64,000 nt of DNA from Limnothrix sp. BL-A-16 (GTDB lineage Bacteria; Cyanobacteriota; Cyanobacteriia; CACIAM-69d): positions 2,816,001-2,880,000 of the forward strand of contig CP166615.1 in assembly GCA_041937175.2 (NCBI GenBank), read 5' to 3'. Shown here one piece after another: positions 1 to 10,638 of the stretch. Position 1 is the stretch's first letter, and each line of letters starts with the position of its first letter. The translations under genes and the position numbers were made by a program. A model generated the notes under the pieces. It searched no databases, was not told where the DNA came from, and was given only the letters and a program-made list of their open reading frames with translations.

Positions 1-2
1 CG

Positions 3-191
3 GTTACGGCTCAGTTGGCGGAAACCTGGGGTAAGGCGACGCAATCCGTGGGCAAGGCCACGATCGGCCTCTTGCAAATCACCCTGTGGTTGTTGGCCTA
101 CACCCCCTATTGGTTGCTGTTTGGGCTGGGCATTTGGGCAATGCGCCGCTGGGCCCTTCGCCGTGCCCAAAATCAATCCGCCAATCATTAA
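3..191 (+). CDS. 3' end of a membrane-anchored protein, probably DUF4349 family (partial, runs off the window start)
   Basis: Frame 3 is open from the window start to TAA 189-191: VTAQLAETWGKATQSVGKATIGLLQITLWLLAYTPYWLLFGLGIWAMRRWALRR. Hydrophobic C-terminal helix plus basic tail resembles cyanobacterial DUF4349 C-termini. Not in the ORF track. Confidence 0.55.
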   Translation, partial: VTAQLAETWGKATQSVGKATIGLLQITLWLLAYTPYWLLFGLGIWAMRRWALRRAQNQSANH

Positions 192-279
192 TTCGCGACT
201 CGTTCACAACTCGTTCACAGTCATTAATTCATCGATTATTCACTCACCCATTCATCGATGTATTTGCCAATCACTTTCC

Positions 280-1452
280 CTAAACCCCAACACAGTTCGT
301 CGGCAAAAGTGCAGCGGCCAACACCTCTCGAATGCCACTGATGACACGATCCTGTTGCTCCGGGGTCAGCTCTGGGAACATCGGCAAGGACAAGACACAG
401 TGGCCCAATTGCTCGGAAACGGGCAGAGATCCCGGCTGATAGCCTAAGTTGGCATAGACCGCCTGTAGGTGCAGTGGCAGGGGATAGTAAACCGCCGTAC
501 CCACGCCGCGATCTTGCAAGGATTGCCGCAGTTGATCGCGCGGTTCTGGGCCGGCACTGCCCTCGCCCACTTGGATCGTGTATTGATTCCAAACGCTGGT
601 TCCGCCAGCGATCGCCTGGGGCAAACGCAGGCCCGGCAAACCGGCTAGACCCTGTTGATAGCGATGGGCGATCGCGGTGCGCTGTTGGTTCCACCGATCG
701 AGCGATCGCAACTTAATTTGCAGAATCACCGCCTGAATGGCATCGAGGCGACTATTCACCCCGATCGCCTCGTGGTAGTAGCGTTGGCGCTGGCCATGTT
801 CCCGCAACATCCGCAAATCCGCCGCCAGTTGGGCATCGTTCACCGTCATGGCCCCGCCATCCCCGCAAGCGCCCAAGTTTTTGGTGGGATAGAAACTAAA
901 GCAACCCACGTGGCCCATGCTGCCCACCCGTCGATCGCCCCATTTGGCCCCCGTGGCCTGGGCACAATCTTCAATCACCCACAGATTGCTGGCCCGGGCG
1001 ATCGTCATTAGCCGATCCATATTCACCGGCTGGCCAAACAGGTGTACGGGAATAATCGCTTTGGTGCGCGGCCCGATCGCCCGTTCCACCGCATCCAGAT
1101 CGAGGTTAAAGGTTTCCGCATCCACATCCACAAACACCGGAACCGCGCCCACTGCGCTCACGGTTTCCGTGGTGGCAATGAAGGTGAAAGGCGGCACAAT
1201 CACCTCATCCCCCGGGCCAACACCCAAGGCCCGCAACGCCAAATACAGAGCATCGGTTCCGGAATTACAGGCCACGCAGAATTCCGTACCCACATAGCGG
1301 GCAAAATCCTGCTCAAAGGACTCGATCGCCGCACCGCCAATGTATTTACCAGAAGCCAAAACTTCCAAGACCGCCGCATTCACTTCGTCGCGAATTTGCG
1401 GGAATTGCTCCGTTAGATTAAACGCAGGAACGTTACTCACCACGCACACCAC
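280..1452 (-). CDS. DegT/DnrJ/EryC1/StrS family PLP-dependent aminotransferase
   Basis: Motifs NSGTDAL, PVHLFGQP, IEDCAQA, SFYPTKNLGACGDGG (PLP lysine), NSRLDAIQA. Start may be GTG 1440. Confidence 0.95.
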   Translation of the reverse strand: MVCVVSNVPAFNLTEQFPQIRDEVNAAVLEVLASGKYIGGAAIESFEQDFARYVGTEFCVACNSGTDALYLALRALGVGPGDEVIVPPFTFIATTETVSAVGAVPVFVDVDAETFNLDLDAVERAIGPRTKAIIPVHLFGQPVNMDRLMTIARASNLWVIEDCAQATGAKWGDRRVGSMGHVGCFSFYPTKNLGACGDGGAMTVNDAQLAADLRMLREHGQRQRYYHEAIGVNSRLDAIQAVILQIKLRSLDRWNQQRTAIAHRYQQGLAGLPGLRLPQAIAGGTSVWNQYTIQVGEGSAGPEPRDQLRQSLQDRGVGTAVYYPLPLHLQAVYANLGYQPGSLPVSEQLGHCVLSLPMFPELTPEQQDRVISGIREVLAAALLPTNCVGV

Positions 1453-1840
1453 ACCATCACATTGATTTTAGGGTGACATCCTTCCTGTCTTGAAGCAACG
1501 GGGCGAGGGCCAATCAATGCAATGACTGAAGAGATGGTTAAGCGTTGAACCCTTACTTGATCCTTACTCAATCCTTGATGAATCGTTGGGTCATCTCGGG
1601 AGCACCCTAACGATCAACTCAATAACCCATTCAGGATTGATTCAGGACTGATCCCACAGCCCCTTGGGGAACTGGTCAAGACCCGATCGAGCTGGAATTG
1701 GCCAAGGGGTTTCTGGGTGGGCTAAGCAACGGTTGTCGATCGGGCATTCGCATCCTTCAATACCCTTGCTGAATTCATCGCTGAATCCATTGCTGGGATG
1801 GCGATGGCATCCCGATTATGTTATTTTATTCATAGTCGGT

Positions 1841-3250
1841 ATGAGTTTAGATAAAGCATCCATGACCAGCGCCGCTTCTGCACCCAACACCGTTGAAAAT
1901 GTCGTGATCATCGGTTCCGGCCCCGCCGGTTACACGGCTGCCATCTATGCCGCTCGTGCCAACTTGAAACCTTTTATGTTTGCGGGCTTCCAAGCGGGCG
2001 GCCTGCCCGGTGGTCAACTGATGACCACCACGGAAGTGGAAAATTTCCCCGGTTTTCCGGAAGGCATCACGGGCCCGCAATTGATGGATCGGATGCGCGC
2101 CCAGGCGGAACGGTGGGGCACGGAGGTAGTAACGGAAGATGTCACCTTTGTGGACTTGAGCCAGCGGCCCTTTGTGGTGCGATCGACCGATCGGGAATTG
2201 CGGGCCCACAGCGTCATCATCGCCACCGGAGCCACGGCCAAGCGGTTGGGGCTGCCCAGCGAAACGGAATTTTGGAACCGGGGCATTTCCGCCTGCGCCA
2301 TTTGTGATGGAGCCATGCCCATGTTCCAAAACGCCGAGCTGGTGGTGATTGGTGGGGGCGACTCGGCCGCCGAAGAGGCGATGTACCTGACGAAATATGG
2401 CTCGCGGGTGCATTTGTTGGTGCGATCGGACAAAATGCGGGCCAGCAAAGCCATGCAAGACCGGGTGTTGGCCAATGCCAAGATCACAGTTCATTGGCAC
2501 ACCACCGCGATCGATGTGGTGGGGGACGAAACGGGCATGACTGGCCTACGGGTCCAGCACCAGCAAACCGGCGAAGAATCGACGATCGCCGCCCGTGGTT
2601 TGTTCTACGCGATCGGGCACAAACCCAACACCGATCTGTTTGTGGGGCAGCTTGACCTAGACGAGGTGGGCTATATCAAAACCCGTCCCCACAGTGTGGA
2701 AACCAGCGTGGAAGGGGTGTTTGCGGCCGGCGATGTGCAGGATCATGAATATCGACAAGCGATCACGGCGGCCGGAACCGGTTGCGCGGCGGCCCTGTTG
2801 GCGGAACGGTGGCTTTCGGCTCAGGGCTTGGCCCAGGAAGTGAAGCGCGACAGCACCGAGCCAACGGCGGCCTCCGTGACCGAAGACAAGCCGATCGTGG
2901 CGGATACGGAAGAAACCTTCAATCCACAAGCCACACGCCACTTTGGCGGCTACGCGGTTCGCAAGCTTTACCACGAGACCGATCGCCCGTTGGTGGTGAA
3001 GTTCGTTGCCCCCGATTGCGGCCCCTGCCACATCCTGAAACCCATGCTGGATAAGGTGGTGGATGAATTTGAGGGGCAAATCCACTTTGTGGAGGTGGAT
3101 GTGAAGGATGAGCCGCAAATTGCCGAAGGGGCGGGGGTAACCGGAACGCCAACGGTGATGATTTTCCACAACAAGGCCAAGGCAGTGGAGTTTCGCGGCG
3201 TGAAGCAAAAGAGTGAGTATCGCCAGGCGATCGCCCAACTCCTGAGCTAA
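1841..3250 (+). CDS. ntrC: NADPH-dependent thioredoxin reductase C (TrxB fused to a C-terminal thioredoxin domain)
   Basis: [31 protein letters not shown], then a Trx domain with CGPC. Start ATG 1841 or 1862. Confidence 0.93.
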   Translation: MSLDKASMTSAASAPNTVENVVIIGSGPAGYTAAIYAARANLKPFMFAGFQAGGLPGGQLMTTTEVENFPGFPEGITGPQLMDRMRAQAERWGTEVVTEDVTFVDLSQRPFVVRSTDRELRAHSVIIATGATAKRLGLPSETEFWNRGISACAICDGAMPMFQNAELVVIGGGDSAAEEAMYLTKYGSRVHLLVRSDKMRASKAMQDRVLANAKITVHWHTTAIDVVGDETGMTGLRVQHQQTGEESTIAARGLFYAIGHKPNTDLFVGQLDLDEVGYIKTRPHSVETSVEGVFAAGDVQDHEYRQAITAAGTGCAAALLAERWLSAQGLAQEVKRDSTEPTAASVTEDKPIVADTEETFNPQATRHFGGYAVRKLYHETDRPLVVKFVAPDCGPCHILKPMLDKVVDEFEGQIHFVEVDVKDEPQIAEGAGVTGTPTVMIFHNKAKAVEFRGVKQKSEYRQAIAQLLS

Positions 3251-3323
3251 GTTGCCATCCAGACTGATCGGGGGTTGGGGCGTGCTGCCAAATGGATCGT
3301 TCGCCAATCTCCTGGGGGACAAG

Positions 3324-3466
3324 GGGCCTGTCGTCGTTGAGCACAAAACCCTGATCCCACAGTCGGCGGATCGTGGGGGACAAGGGGCTTAAGCCCCTTG
3401 TCTGGGGTAGTTCGGGGATGGCAGATCTACTGTTTTCCCTTGATCTCAGGAAATGACGATCGGCCC
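3324..3466. mobile_element. MITE-like element, family B (about 143 bp), inverted relative to the 40263 and 45442 copies
   Basis: Ends GGGCCTGTCGTC ... GACGATCGGCCC; central palindrome CAAGGGGCTTAAGCCCCTTG at 3381-3400; lies between convergent genes. Confidence 0.7.
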
Positions 3467-3482
3467 CAAGGCGATCGAGCGG

Positions 3483-5183
3483 TCAAACCCAAGGGGGACT
3501 GGTGCGATCGCCCAAACCCGATTGGGAAATCCAGCGCTTGTTCCCCTGCAACAGCGTGTGACAAGCCCAAGCGGGATCTGTGTTGGGGTGATCCACTCGA
3601 TAGTGGCCGCCGCGACTTTCTGTTCGGAACAGGGCACTCTCCAGCAACGAGGTGGCCACATCCAGCAAGTTGCGTGTTTCCACCCACTGGTGTACCGCCG
3701 AGATTGCGCGATCGTCCAACATTTGGCAGGTTTCGCCCGGTCGCAATTGGGTTAACAGTTGTTGAATCGGCAAGTTGCGCAGGGTGGATTGGGCCGCTTG
3801 CAATTGGGCGATCGCGTCGATCAGGGTGGATGATTTGCGGCAAATGCCCGCCGCACTCCAAACCAGCTTGGGCAAATAATTTCGCCAGTGCGCCAAGTCC
3901 GGTGATGGCTCAAAGGCAATGGTCGGCAGCGACAAGCACCGCTCGATCGGCAGCACCGATCCTTGGGCCACGGTCAAGTTTCGGAACTGGGCCCCAAACA
4001 CAATGCATTCCAGCAAGGAATTACTGGCTAAGCGATTGGCCCCATGCACCCCGGTGCTGGCGGTTTCGCCCACGGCGTATAACCCCCCTAAGGAGGTGCA
4101 ATTGGCTCGATCGGTCGCAATGCCCCCCATCCAATAGTGGGCCGCGGGCGAAACAGGAATCGGTTCCCGCAGCGGATCGATGCCCCAATCACGACAGGCC
4201 TTCAAGATATTGGGAAACCGGTGCAAAATTTGCGCTTCGGGAATGGGTTGTAAGTCCAACCAAACCCGATCGCCCCCATGTCGTTGCAGGTGGGAATAGA
4301 CGGCCCGACTGACCGCATCACGCGGGGCCAGCTCACCTGCTTCATGGAAATCAAAGGCAAACCGTCGCCCTTGGGCATCCACCAAATGGGCCCCCTCGCC
4401 CCGCACCGCCTCGCTGATTAGAAAGTGCGGTGCGCCGGGAATATCCAAGGCCGTGGGGTGAAATTGCACAAATTCCAAATCGCGCAGCACGGCCCCAGCC
4501 CGATAGGCCATGGCCACACCGTCGCCCGTGCTAACGCTGGGATTGGTGGTGTGGGCAAAAACCTGGCCGCCGCCGCCCGTGGCCAGAATTGTGGCTCCGG
4601 CAGCCAACCACCGCAGTTGCCCTTCCTGCAAACAGGCAATTCCTTGGCAACTTTGCCGATCGGGGGTCAGCCACAGGTCAATCACCAGGGTTTCCGACAG
4701 TACCGTAATGTTCGATCGCTCCAGCACCCGCGCCACCAAGGCACTCACCACCGCTCGCCCCGTTGCATCCGCCGCATGGAGCACCCGCCGTCGGGAGTGA
4801 GCCGCCTCCAGGGTGACGGCCAACTGTCCCTGATCGCGATCGAACGCCACCCCCAGTTCCACCAACTGCGTCACGCAGGCCGGCGCTTCCGCCACTAAAA
4901 ATTCCACCGCCGCCCGATCGCACAGACCCGCCCCCGCCGCCAGCGTGTCGGCCACATGCAACGCCACCGAATCATCGGGAGCCGTCACCGCCGCCAGCCC
5001 CCCTTGGGCCCAATCACTCGCCGATCGCGACACCGTGGCCTTGGTCACCACCGCCACCGACAGCTCAGCCGGTAAACAAAGGGCTGAATATAACCCCGCC
5101 GCCCCACAACCCACCACGATCACATCAAAGCGATCGACCGTTGGGCGCTCAATTTCCACAGCCGGCAAAGGGTCACTCATCAT
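3483..5183 (-). CDS. nadB: L-aspartate oxidase
   Basis: VGCGAAGL, SDWAQGG, EAAHSRRRVLHAADATG, QFHPT, SEAVRGEG, HYWMGG, GVHGANRLASNSLLE, ESRGGHYR. Start ATG 5183 or 5180. Confidence 0.95.
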   Translation of the reverse strand: MMSDPLPAVEIERPTVDRFDVIVVGCGAAGLYSALCLPAELSVAVVTKATVSRSASDWAQGGLAAVTAPDDSVALHVADTLAAGAGLCDRAAVEFLVAEAPACVTQLVELGVAFDRDQGQLAVTLEAAHSRRRVLHAADATGRAVVSALVARVLERSNITVLSETLVIDLWLTPDRQSCQGIACLQEGQLRWLAAGATILATGGGGQVFAHTTNPSVSTGDGVAMAYRAGAVLRDLEFVQFHPTALDIPGAPHFLISEAVRGEGAHLVDAQGRRFAFDFHEAGELAPRDAVSRAVYSHLQRHGGDRVWLDLQPIPEAQILHRFPNILKACRDWGIDPLREPIPVSPAAHYWMGGIATDRANCTSLGGLYAVGETASTGVHGANRLASNSLLECIVFGAQFRNLTVAQGSVLPIERCLSLPTIAFEPSPDLAHWRNYLPKLVWSAAGICRKSSTLIDAIAQLQAAQSTLRNLPIQQLLTQLRPGETCQMLDDRAISAVHQWVETRNLLDVATSLLESALFRTESRGGHYRVDHPNTDPAWACHTLLQGNKRWISQSGLGDRTSPPWV

Positions 5184-5321
5184 TGCGTACAGAAAGCTAA
5201 AAATCGTGGGGTTGCCAAGCAAAAGCGCCACAGCCAGCGATCACCGCCGCCAAACCGCAACAGACGCTGCATTTCTCGGATCACTGCCCGAGACCTAACG
5301 AGATTCAACTAGATTTAAGCA

Positions 5322-5368
5322 AAAGGCGATCGCGCTGGGAGCTAAACTGCCGCTGCGCAATCGCCTTT
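5322..5368 (-). terminator. hairpin, probable terminator downstream of psbU
   Basis: Inverted repeat AAAGGCGATCGCGC ... GCGCAATCGCCTTT, followed by a T run on the minus strand. Confidence 0.45.
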
Positions 5369-5553
5369 AATAATCTAGTTCACGGATTCCGGATACGGGA
5401 ATTCCGGATGTGGGGCCCCAGACCCGATGGAGCAATCAAATCGGCAAAGCCGATCATCGGGCAGGGTAAATCACGATCCTCGGTTCCAGTGGCAATCTTG
5501 TGATTACCGGAACCCTCGATTAGCCCTTGAAACCAATCAAGCGCAACCTAACG

Positions 5554-5943
5554 TTATTTGTAAACGCCATCGTTAATGCGGTGATCCCCTTCATTGAAGA
5601 TCGGATCCTGTTCCGTCACCGTGAAGGTGCCCGCATTCAAGTAATCCTGTAAAAGGCTCTGTTGCCGATCGCTCAGGCCGCCAATTTTCAGCACATCTTC
5701 CGGCGCATTGTAGGGCGCATTCGCAATGATCTTTTGCGCCAACGTCGGGTATAGACCCCGGTAAGCCCTGAAGTTGCTGATATTGGTATTGTTCAAATCA
5801 ATTTTTTTGCCAAATTCCGTCGCCAACTTGGCATCGGCATTGTTTAAAGATGCTTCAGCCCATGCAGCCTGAGGATAGCCCGCGCCAATCCACGTGAGCG
5901 CGACCAGGGCGATCGCAAATACCAGGCGAACAAACCGTTTCAT
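5554..5943 (-). CDS. psbU: photosystem II extrinsic 12 kDa protein PsbU
   Basis: Signal peptide, then KIDLNNTNI, GLYPTLAQKII, APY and C-terminal DHRINDGVYK. Confidence 0.95.
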   Translation of the reverse strand: MKRFVRLVFAIALVALTWIGAGYPQAAWAEASLNNADAKLATEFGKKIDLNNTNISNFRAYRGLYPTLAQKIIANAPYNAPEDVLKIGGLSDRQQSLLQDYLNAGTFTVTEQDPIFNEGDHRINDGVYK

Positions 5944-6260
5944 GAGAACCGGTACCTCCTTACAAGACACAGCAAATCATGGCGGAACCACCAACGCGAT
6001 CGCGCTTCGCCCTCAATTACCCATGGGTAACAAGGCTGAGCAACGGCCTTCGCTGGTGAAAAAGTCGAATAATATCACCAGTATCTCAAGTTTCGAGCCA
6101 CCTGCAACCGGGCTGATGGAAGCTCCACCAACCGTTTTCGCCATTGCTCGCAAACAGACAAACGGGCGAGAGCCAGTCGAGAGCTAATTGTTGCATAGAT
6201 TTTGGGCGCACGATCGCCCATTCTCCGCTGCCACCCTTAGGCCCGACAGGCTCTTGATCC

Positions 6261-7850
6261 TCAGACCATTGCTTCCGCCCGTTGGCTATTCTTCAGGCGC
6301 AATTCTTCCGCCAAGAACTGCTGCACCTGCTCTTCAATTTCCGATCGCACAATTTCGCGATATTCCATGAAATGTTCAATTTGAGCGCAAACCGATAGAT
6401 AGCTGCTGATGCCACCGGGGTTATGCCGCCACATATTCCAAAGATTGCGCCAGAACTGCCAGCGCGTTTTGCGCAGCACCCCCTGCCGCCAACAAATGGT
6501 CAGCAACGCCCGAACCGTGACCCAGTTAATCGGCTTGCGCGATCCCTTGCCCTTCTTGGGATAGGTCGCTTCCCCGAGCAAGCGGAAGTGGCGATAAACC
6601 CGATCCAAAAATCGCTCCGGATCGTAGAGTTCATAGAAAGCCGCCACATATTCCCGCGCAATGTCTTCAAGGGGGCGCGTGGGTACAAAGTTCATCAACG
6701 TGGTTTGGTTGATGTTGGCCGACTTGCTACGCAGCCGCCCCTCCCGCTCCAATCGATGCCAAAGGGCCGTATCTGGCAAGGCTTGCAACATACTGAACAG
6801 GGCGGTGGGAATTGCGGTTTTTTCCACAAATTGCACAATTCTTGCGCCCGCACCGGCTTTTTCACCATCAAAACCGATGATAAAACCGGCCATCACCCGC
6901 AGACCCGATCGGGCAATGGCCAGCACCGCCTCACTCAAGGAATCTCGGGTGTTTTGATGTTTTTGGGTCAGCGTTAGGCTCTCTTCATCGGGCGTTTCAA
7001 TGCCCAAAAACACGGCCCCAAAATTACACTGCACCATCATATCCATTAGTTCTTGATCCTGAGCCAAGTCCACCGAAGCTTCCGTGGCAAAGGAGAAAGG
7101 ATATTGATGCTCCACCATCCAGGGCAACAACTCTTTTAGAAACAGCTTCACATTGCGTTTATTGCCAATGAAGTTGTCATCCACCATGAAAATGCTGCGT
7201 CTCCATCCCAACTCATACAGGTAGTCCAATTCCTGTAGGAGTTGCTGAGGTGTTTTGGTGCGGGGCTTGCGACCATAGAGCACAATAATGTCGCAGAATT
7301 CGCACTGGAACGGACAGCCCCGCGAAAATTGCACCGACATTTCCGCGTAAGCATCAAATTCCAGCAGGTCGAAGCGCGGAATCGGGGTTTCGGTTACGTC
7401 GGGCTTCACCCCATTGGCGCGGAAAGTGCCCGCTGACTCGCCTCGTTCGATCGCCTCCACAAACAGGGGCAGGGTAATTTCCCCTTCGTCCAAAATCAGA
7501 TAATCGGCCCCCACATCGCTCACTTCTTGCGGCAGGGCGGTGGCATAGGGGCCACCCACGGCAACCCGTTTTCCCCGTTGTTTTGCGGCTCTGATTCGAT
7601 CGAGCAAATCATCTTTTTGCACAATCATGGCCGACAAAATCACCAAATCGGCCCAATCCCACTCCGCTTCGGTGATGTCACGGACATTACAATCCACCAA
7701 CTTGAAATTCCAACTTTGGGGCAAAAGCGCCGCCACCGTCACCAATCCCAAGGGCGGGAGCATGGCCTTGCGATCGAGCAAGGCTAGGGTTTTCTCAAAA
7801 GACCAAAAGCTTTTCGGAAAAAGAGGATATAGCAGCAGGACATTCATCAA
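6261..7850 (-). CDS. B12-binding radical SAM protein (DUF4070-type C-terminus)
   Basis: N-terminal B12-binding region (PPLGLVTVAALLP, VGGPYAT) and SRGCPFQCEFCD (CxxxCxxC). Confidence 0.9.
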   Translation of the reverse strand: MMNVLLLYPLFPKSFWSFEKTLALLDRKAMLPPLGLVTVAALLPQSWNFKLVDCNVRDITEAEWDWADLVILSAMIVQKDDLLDRIRAAKQRGKRVAVGGPYATALPQEVSDVGADYLILDEGEITLPLFVEAIERGESAGTFRANGVKPDVTETPIPRFDLLEFDAYAEMSVQFSRGCPFQCEFCDIIVLYGRKPRTKTPQQLLQELDYLYELGWRRSIFMVDDNFIGNKRNVKLFLKELLPWMVEHQYPFSFATEASVDLAQDQELMDMMVQCNFGAVFLGIETPDEESLTLTQKHQNTRDSLSEAVLAIARSGLRVMAGFIIGFDGEKAGAGARIVQFVEKTAIPTALFSMLQALPDTALWHRLEREGRLRSKSANINQTTLMNFVPTRPLEDIAREYVAAFYELYDPERFLDRVYRHFRLLGEATYPKKGKGSRKPINWVTVRALLTICWRQGVLRKTRWQFWRNLWNMWRHNPGGISSYLSVCAQIEHFMEYREIVRSEIEEQVQQFLAEELRLKNSQRAEAMV

Positions 7851-8192
7851 AAACTCCAGGAATGATCATTCCTTATGGTTGTTTTTTTGGATCGCTGTTT
7901 GAAAGAAGTCAGTGACTCAAGCCAGTAAAAGTTGCCAATAGTCGATTCTTTGTCCCATTGCTTGGATGCAAAACCCAACAAAATTTCATTCCACTATAGC
8001 AACAGAAGCCCAAAATCATGGTTAGGGTCGTGTTGAGTAATACCGTTTACGCCCATAGGATTGCACCGACATTCCATCCCTAGGCGTTGGTGGGGATTGG
8101 TCAAAGTTTTAAATCTCGATCGAGCACAATTGACCGACGATCGGCCCCAGGATTTTCCACGAACCCTGGTCTTCATCTCAATTCGCCAGTTA

Positions 8193-8319
8193 GAGGATGT
8201 CTGAAAAGCCAAAATTGCTACTCTGTACGCCCCAGAGATCGATGTAGACAAGATGCTCAAGCCCCTTCTACGACTATTAATCTTTAGCCCGTACTGAAAG
8301 ATACTTCTCAGACATCCTC
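8193..8319. mobile_element. MITE-like element, family A (127 bp)
   Basis: TIR GAGGATGTCTGAAAAG / CTTCTCAGACATCCTC (15/16), flanked by TTA on both sides; degenerate core CAAGATGCTCAAGCCCCTTC at 8249-8268. Confidence 0.8.
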
Positions 8320-8387
8320 TTAGACCAAACTTGGGTCAAGGGAGGCAATTGATTGGATTTTAATTTGGACTTTAATCAATTTGGATT

Positions 8388-9386
8388 TTAAAAATCCAGT
8401 TCCAAGGATCGATGATGGTTGGTCAAAAACCGATCGAGATTGTCGTAGGTGGCGGCGTAGGTGACGCTTTCGGTGTCATAGCCCTTGAGGTTCACGCGAT
8501 ATTCCTGGAAAACCTCACAGGCAGAACTATTCAAGGCACAGAGATACTGGTAGGTGGTTTTCCCGATCGCCACATCCAGTTGCAATTCCTTGGTGCAAGA
8601 CTCTAACCGAAAGGCGGCGTTCACCGTGTCGCCCAGGGCGGTGTAATCGGGGCGATCGTTGCTGCCGGTGTTGCCGACCATGGCATAGCCCGTGTTGGCT
8701 CCGGTGCCAATTCGCAACGGGAAGGGGAGGGGATAGTGTAGATGCAAATCCCGGGTCATTTTTTGCAGCGCGTTGACCGCTTCAAAAATTTGCAACACTT
8801 CCCGGGGACTCACTTCCTGTTCCCCATGAATCCATACGGCCATCACAGCATCGCCGATATATTTGTCCACCCAACTGCCGGATTCACGGATGATGTTGCC
8901 CGCTTGGCGAAACCAAGTCCCGATCGCCTCCGAGAGGACTTTTTCATCGGTTTGTCGGGTTAGCCCCGTGAAATTCCGAATATCAGCCACCAAAATGGTG
9001 ATCAGCCGTCGCACATGGAGCGTTGCGGTCACGGAAAATTCAAAGCTATCGCTGGTGCTGTAGTCCCGATCGTGGGCGGGCGCATAAAAATCCAGTTCCG
9101 TTTGGCCAAAGGTCAGGCGATCGCCACTTTGCAAGGTGACGGGAATGCTCACCCGGCGGCCATTCACGAAGGAACCATTGCGACTTCCTAGATCAATCAG
9201 ATAGAACGCGCCATCCTCCATGCACTGGAGCATGGCATGGTTGCGCGAGATCCAAGGATCACCCAGCACAAAGTCATTGTCTGGGCTACGACCGATCGTC
9301 CAGCAAGCGCTACCGACAAGGGGTAAGTACCGGCTGCCGGATTCGGTTCTCAGAATTAAATGCGGACAAGGCTGGAGCGTAACCAC
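8388..9386 (-). CDS. FHA-domain class III adenylate/guanylate cyclase
   Basis: FHA motifs IGRSPDN, SRNHA, DLGSRNGSFVNG; cyclase motifs ADIRNFT, KYIGDAVM, DYTALGDTVNAAFRLE. Confidence 0.92.
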   Translation of the reverse strand: MVTLQPCPHLILRTESGSRYLPLVGSACWTIGRSPDNDFVLGDPWISRNHAMLQCMEDGAFYLIDLGSRNGSFVNGRRVSIPVTLQSGDRLTFGQTELDFYAPAHDRDYSTSDSFEFSVTATLHVRRLITILVADIRNFTGLTRQTDEKVLSEAIGTWFRQAGNIIRESGSWVDKYIGDAVMAVWIHGEQEVSPREVLQIFEAVNALQKMTRDLHLHYPLPFPLRIGTGANTGYAMVGNTGSNDRPDYTALGDTVNAAFRLESCTKELQLDVAIGKTTYQYLCALNSSACEVFQEYRVNLKGYDTESVTYAATYDNLDRFLTNHHRSLELDF

Positions 9387-9518
9387 GCGCGCACAAGTGA
9401 AAGTCCTGGAGGACTCGGTGTTGTTTTAGTCCGGCACAATATACACCGCCATTGACAGCTCCTCCGTACAGCCTGTGCAAATTTTGGGCTACACCACGGT
9501 TGGGGCCGACGGGGCCGA

Positions 9519-10337
9519 TTAGGCAAACAGGGCACTCAGCCAGAATAGACCATCCACAAAGAGAGTGCCCAACAGGGCCGCGCTAAACACCATCCAGCCA
9601 GCATCTTGAGATCGCTTGGCCCACCAGCCTGCGCCAATTCCGGCAAATAGCAACGTACCTGCCAACAGCGCAGCCAGGCCCAGGCCAAAGGGGGTGTGCA
9701 TTTTGGCTAAGGCTCCATGCAGGATGGGCGCAACGGTGTGAAGATCAGCGCTTTCGGCGGCGATCGCCTCGCGCCAGGCGGGCATCAAGTCCACGCAATA
9801 GAAGTAGCTATCGGTAATAGCGGTTCCCAGCAAGGAGCCGAGATAGAACAGGCTGCCAATTCGTCCCCAGCTCGATCGCACGGCGATTAGCGCCAAAGGC
9901 AGGGCGATCGCCTCCATGGGCAGGTGAACCGTGGGTTCCCAACGCAACCAGCCCCAATAGAGCGAACCCGCCAGCCAACTCCAGCTAAACCCGACTAACA
10001 AATCGCCCCAAACCCGCCACTTGGGCAATTCCAGCCACCGGGCCCCCAACAGGCTCCAGACCAGGGTGAGGGCGGTGCAGAGGATCGGAAACGATCGCAC
10101 CAAGGGGGCTTCCACAAACACGGGCCCCGACACCAGGAACAACCCCGCCACAAACATCCAACCCAAGGCCACGGGCGATCGGGCCGCTAGCGGCGGGGCA
10201 GGGGAAATTACGGTTGTCTCATCAGGGTGATCGCCAGCCGAGGCATCCGCCGCCAGATTCGCGGACATCAAACGACCGGGGCCAGCCGATCGACGAAACG
10301 GCGTGATGGCGCTGGCTGAGGAAGGATAGGCAACCAA
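9519..10337 (-). CDS. DUF3120 family membrane protein
   Basis: LVSGPVFVEAPLVR, WGDLLVGFSWSWLAGSLYWGWLRWEP, HLPMEAI, GTAITD; multiple TM helices. Start uncertain. Confidence 0.8.
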   Translation of the reverse strand: MVAYPSSASAITPFRRSAGPGRLMSANLAADASAGDHPDETTVISPAPPLAARSPVALGWMFVAGLFLVSGPVFVEAPLVRSFPILCTALTLVWSLLGARWLELPKWRVWGDLLVGFSWSWLAGSLYWGWLRWEPTVHLPMEAIALPLALIAVRSSWGRIGSLFYLGSLLGTAITDSYFYCVDLMPAWREAIAAESADLHTVAPILHGALAKMHTPFGLGLAALLAGTLLFAGIGAGWWAKRSQDAGWMVFSAALLGTLFVDGLFWLSALFA

Positions 10338-10638
10338 AATGAGAAAACCTGCGACCTTGGTTAGGTTTATTAATTTTTATCTTTAGTTTTCTTAACATAC
10401 CATAGCCCCCATAGTGGATCACCAATAGCGATTGGTTTTCGGGATGCGGCAAAATCAGCCACAATATCAGCCGCGATCGGGATGATGGCGGAGGAAGTCC
10501 GTTGGGTAGCATGGCAAGGAAGGCGGATTGCGAATCAAGGACAGCGTATTCAGTCCTTAGAAATTCAGAAGAAATTCAGAACAGTGGTTGAAGGTGCTGA
10601 GCATTTTCAGGCATGGTTGGGGTCAATCAGGTTTAACG

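Noticed and set aside
1841..3250. Thioredoxin reductase-thioredoxin fusion as a novelty
   Set aside because: This is the well-known NTRC architecture of cyanobacteria and plastids.
7994..8287. Short ORFs (88 and 66 aa) upstream of the radical SAM gene
   Set aside because: Overlap the family A MITE and promoter region; not protein-like.
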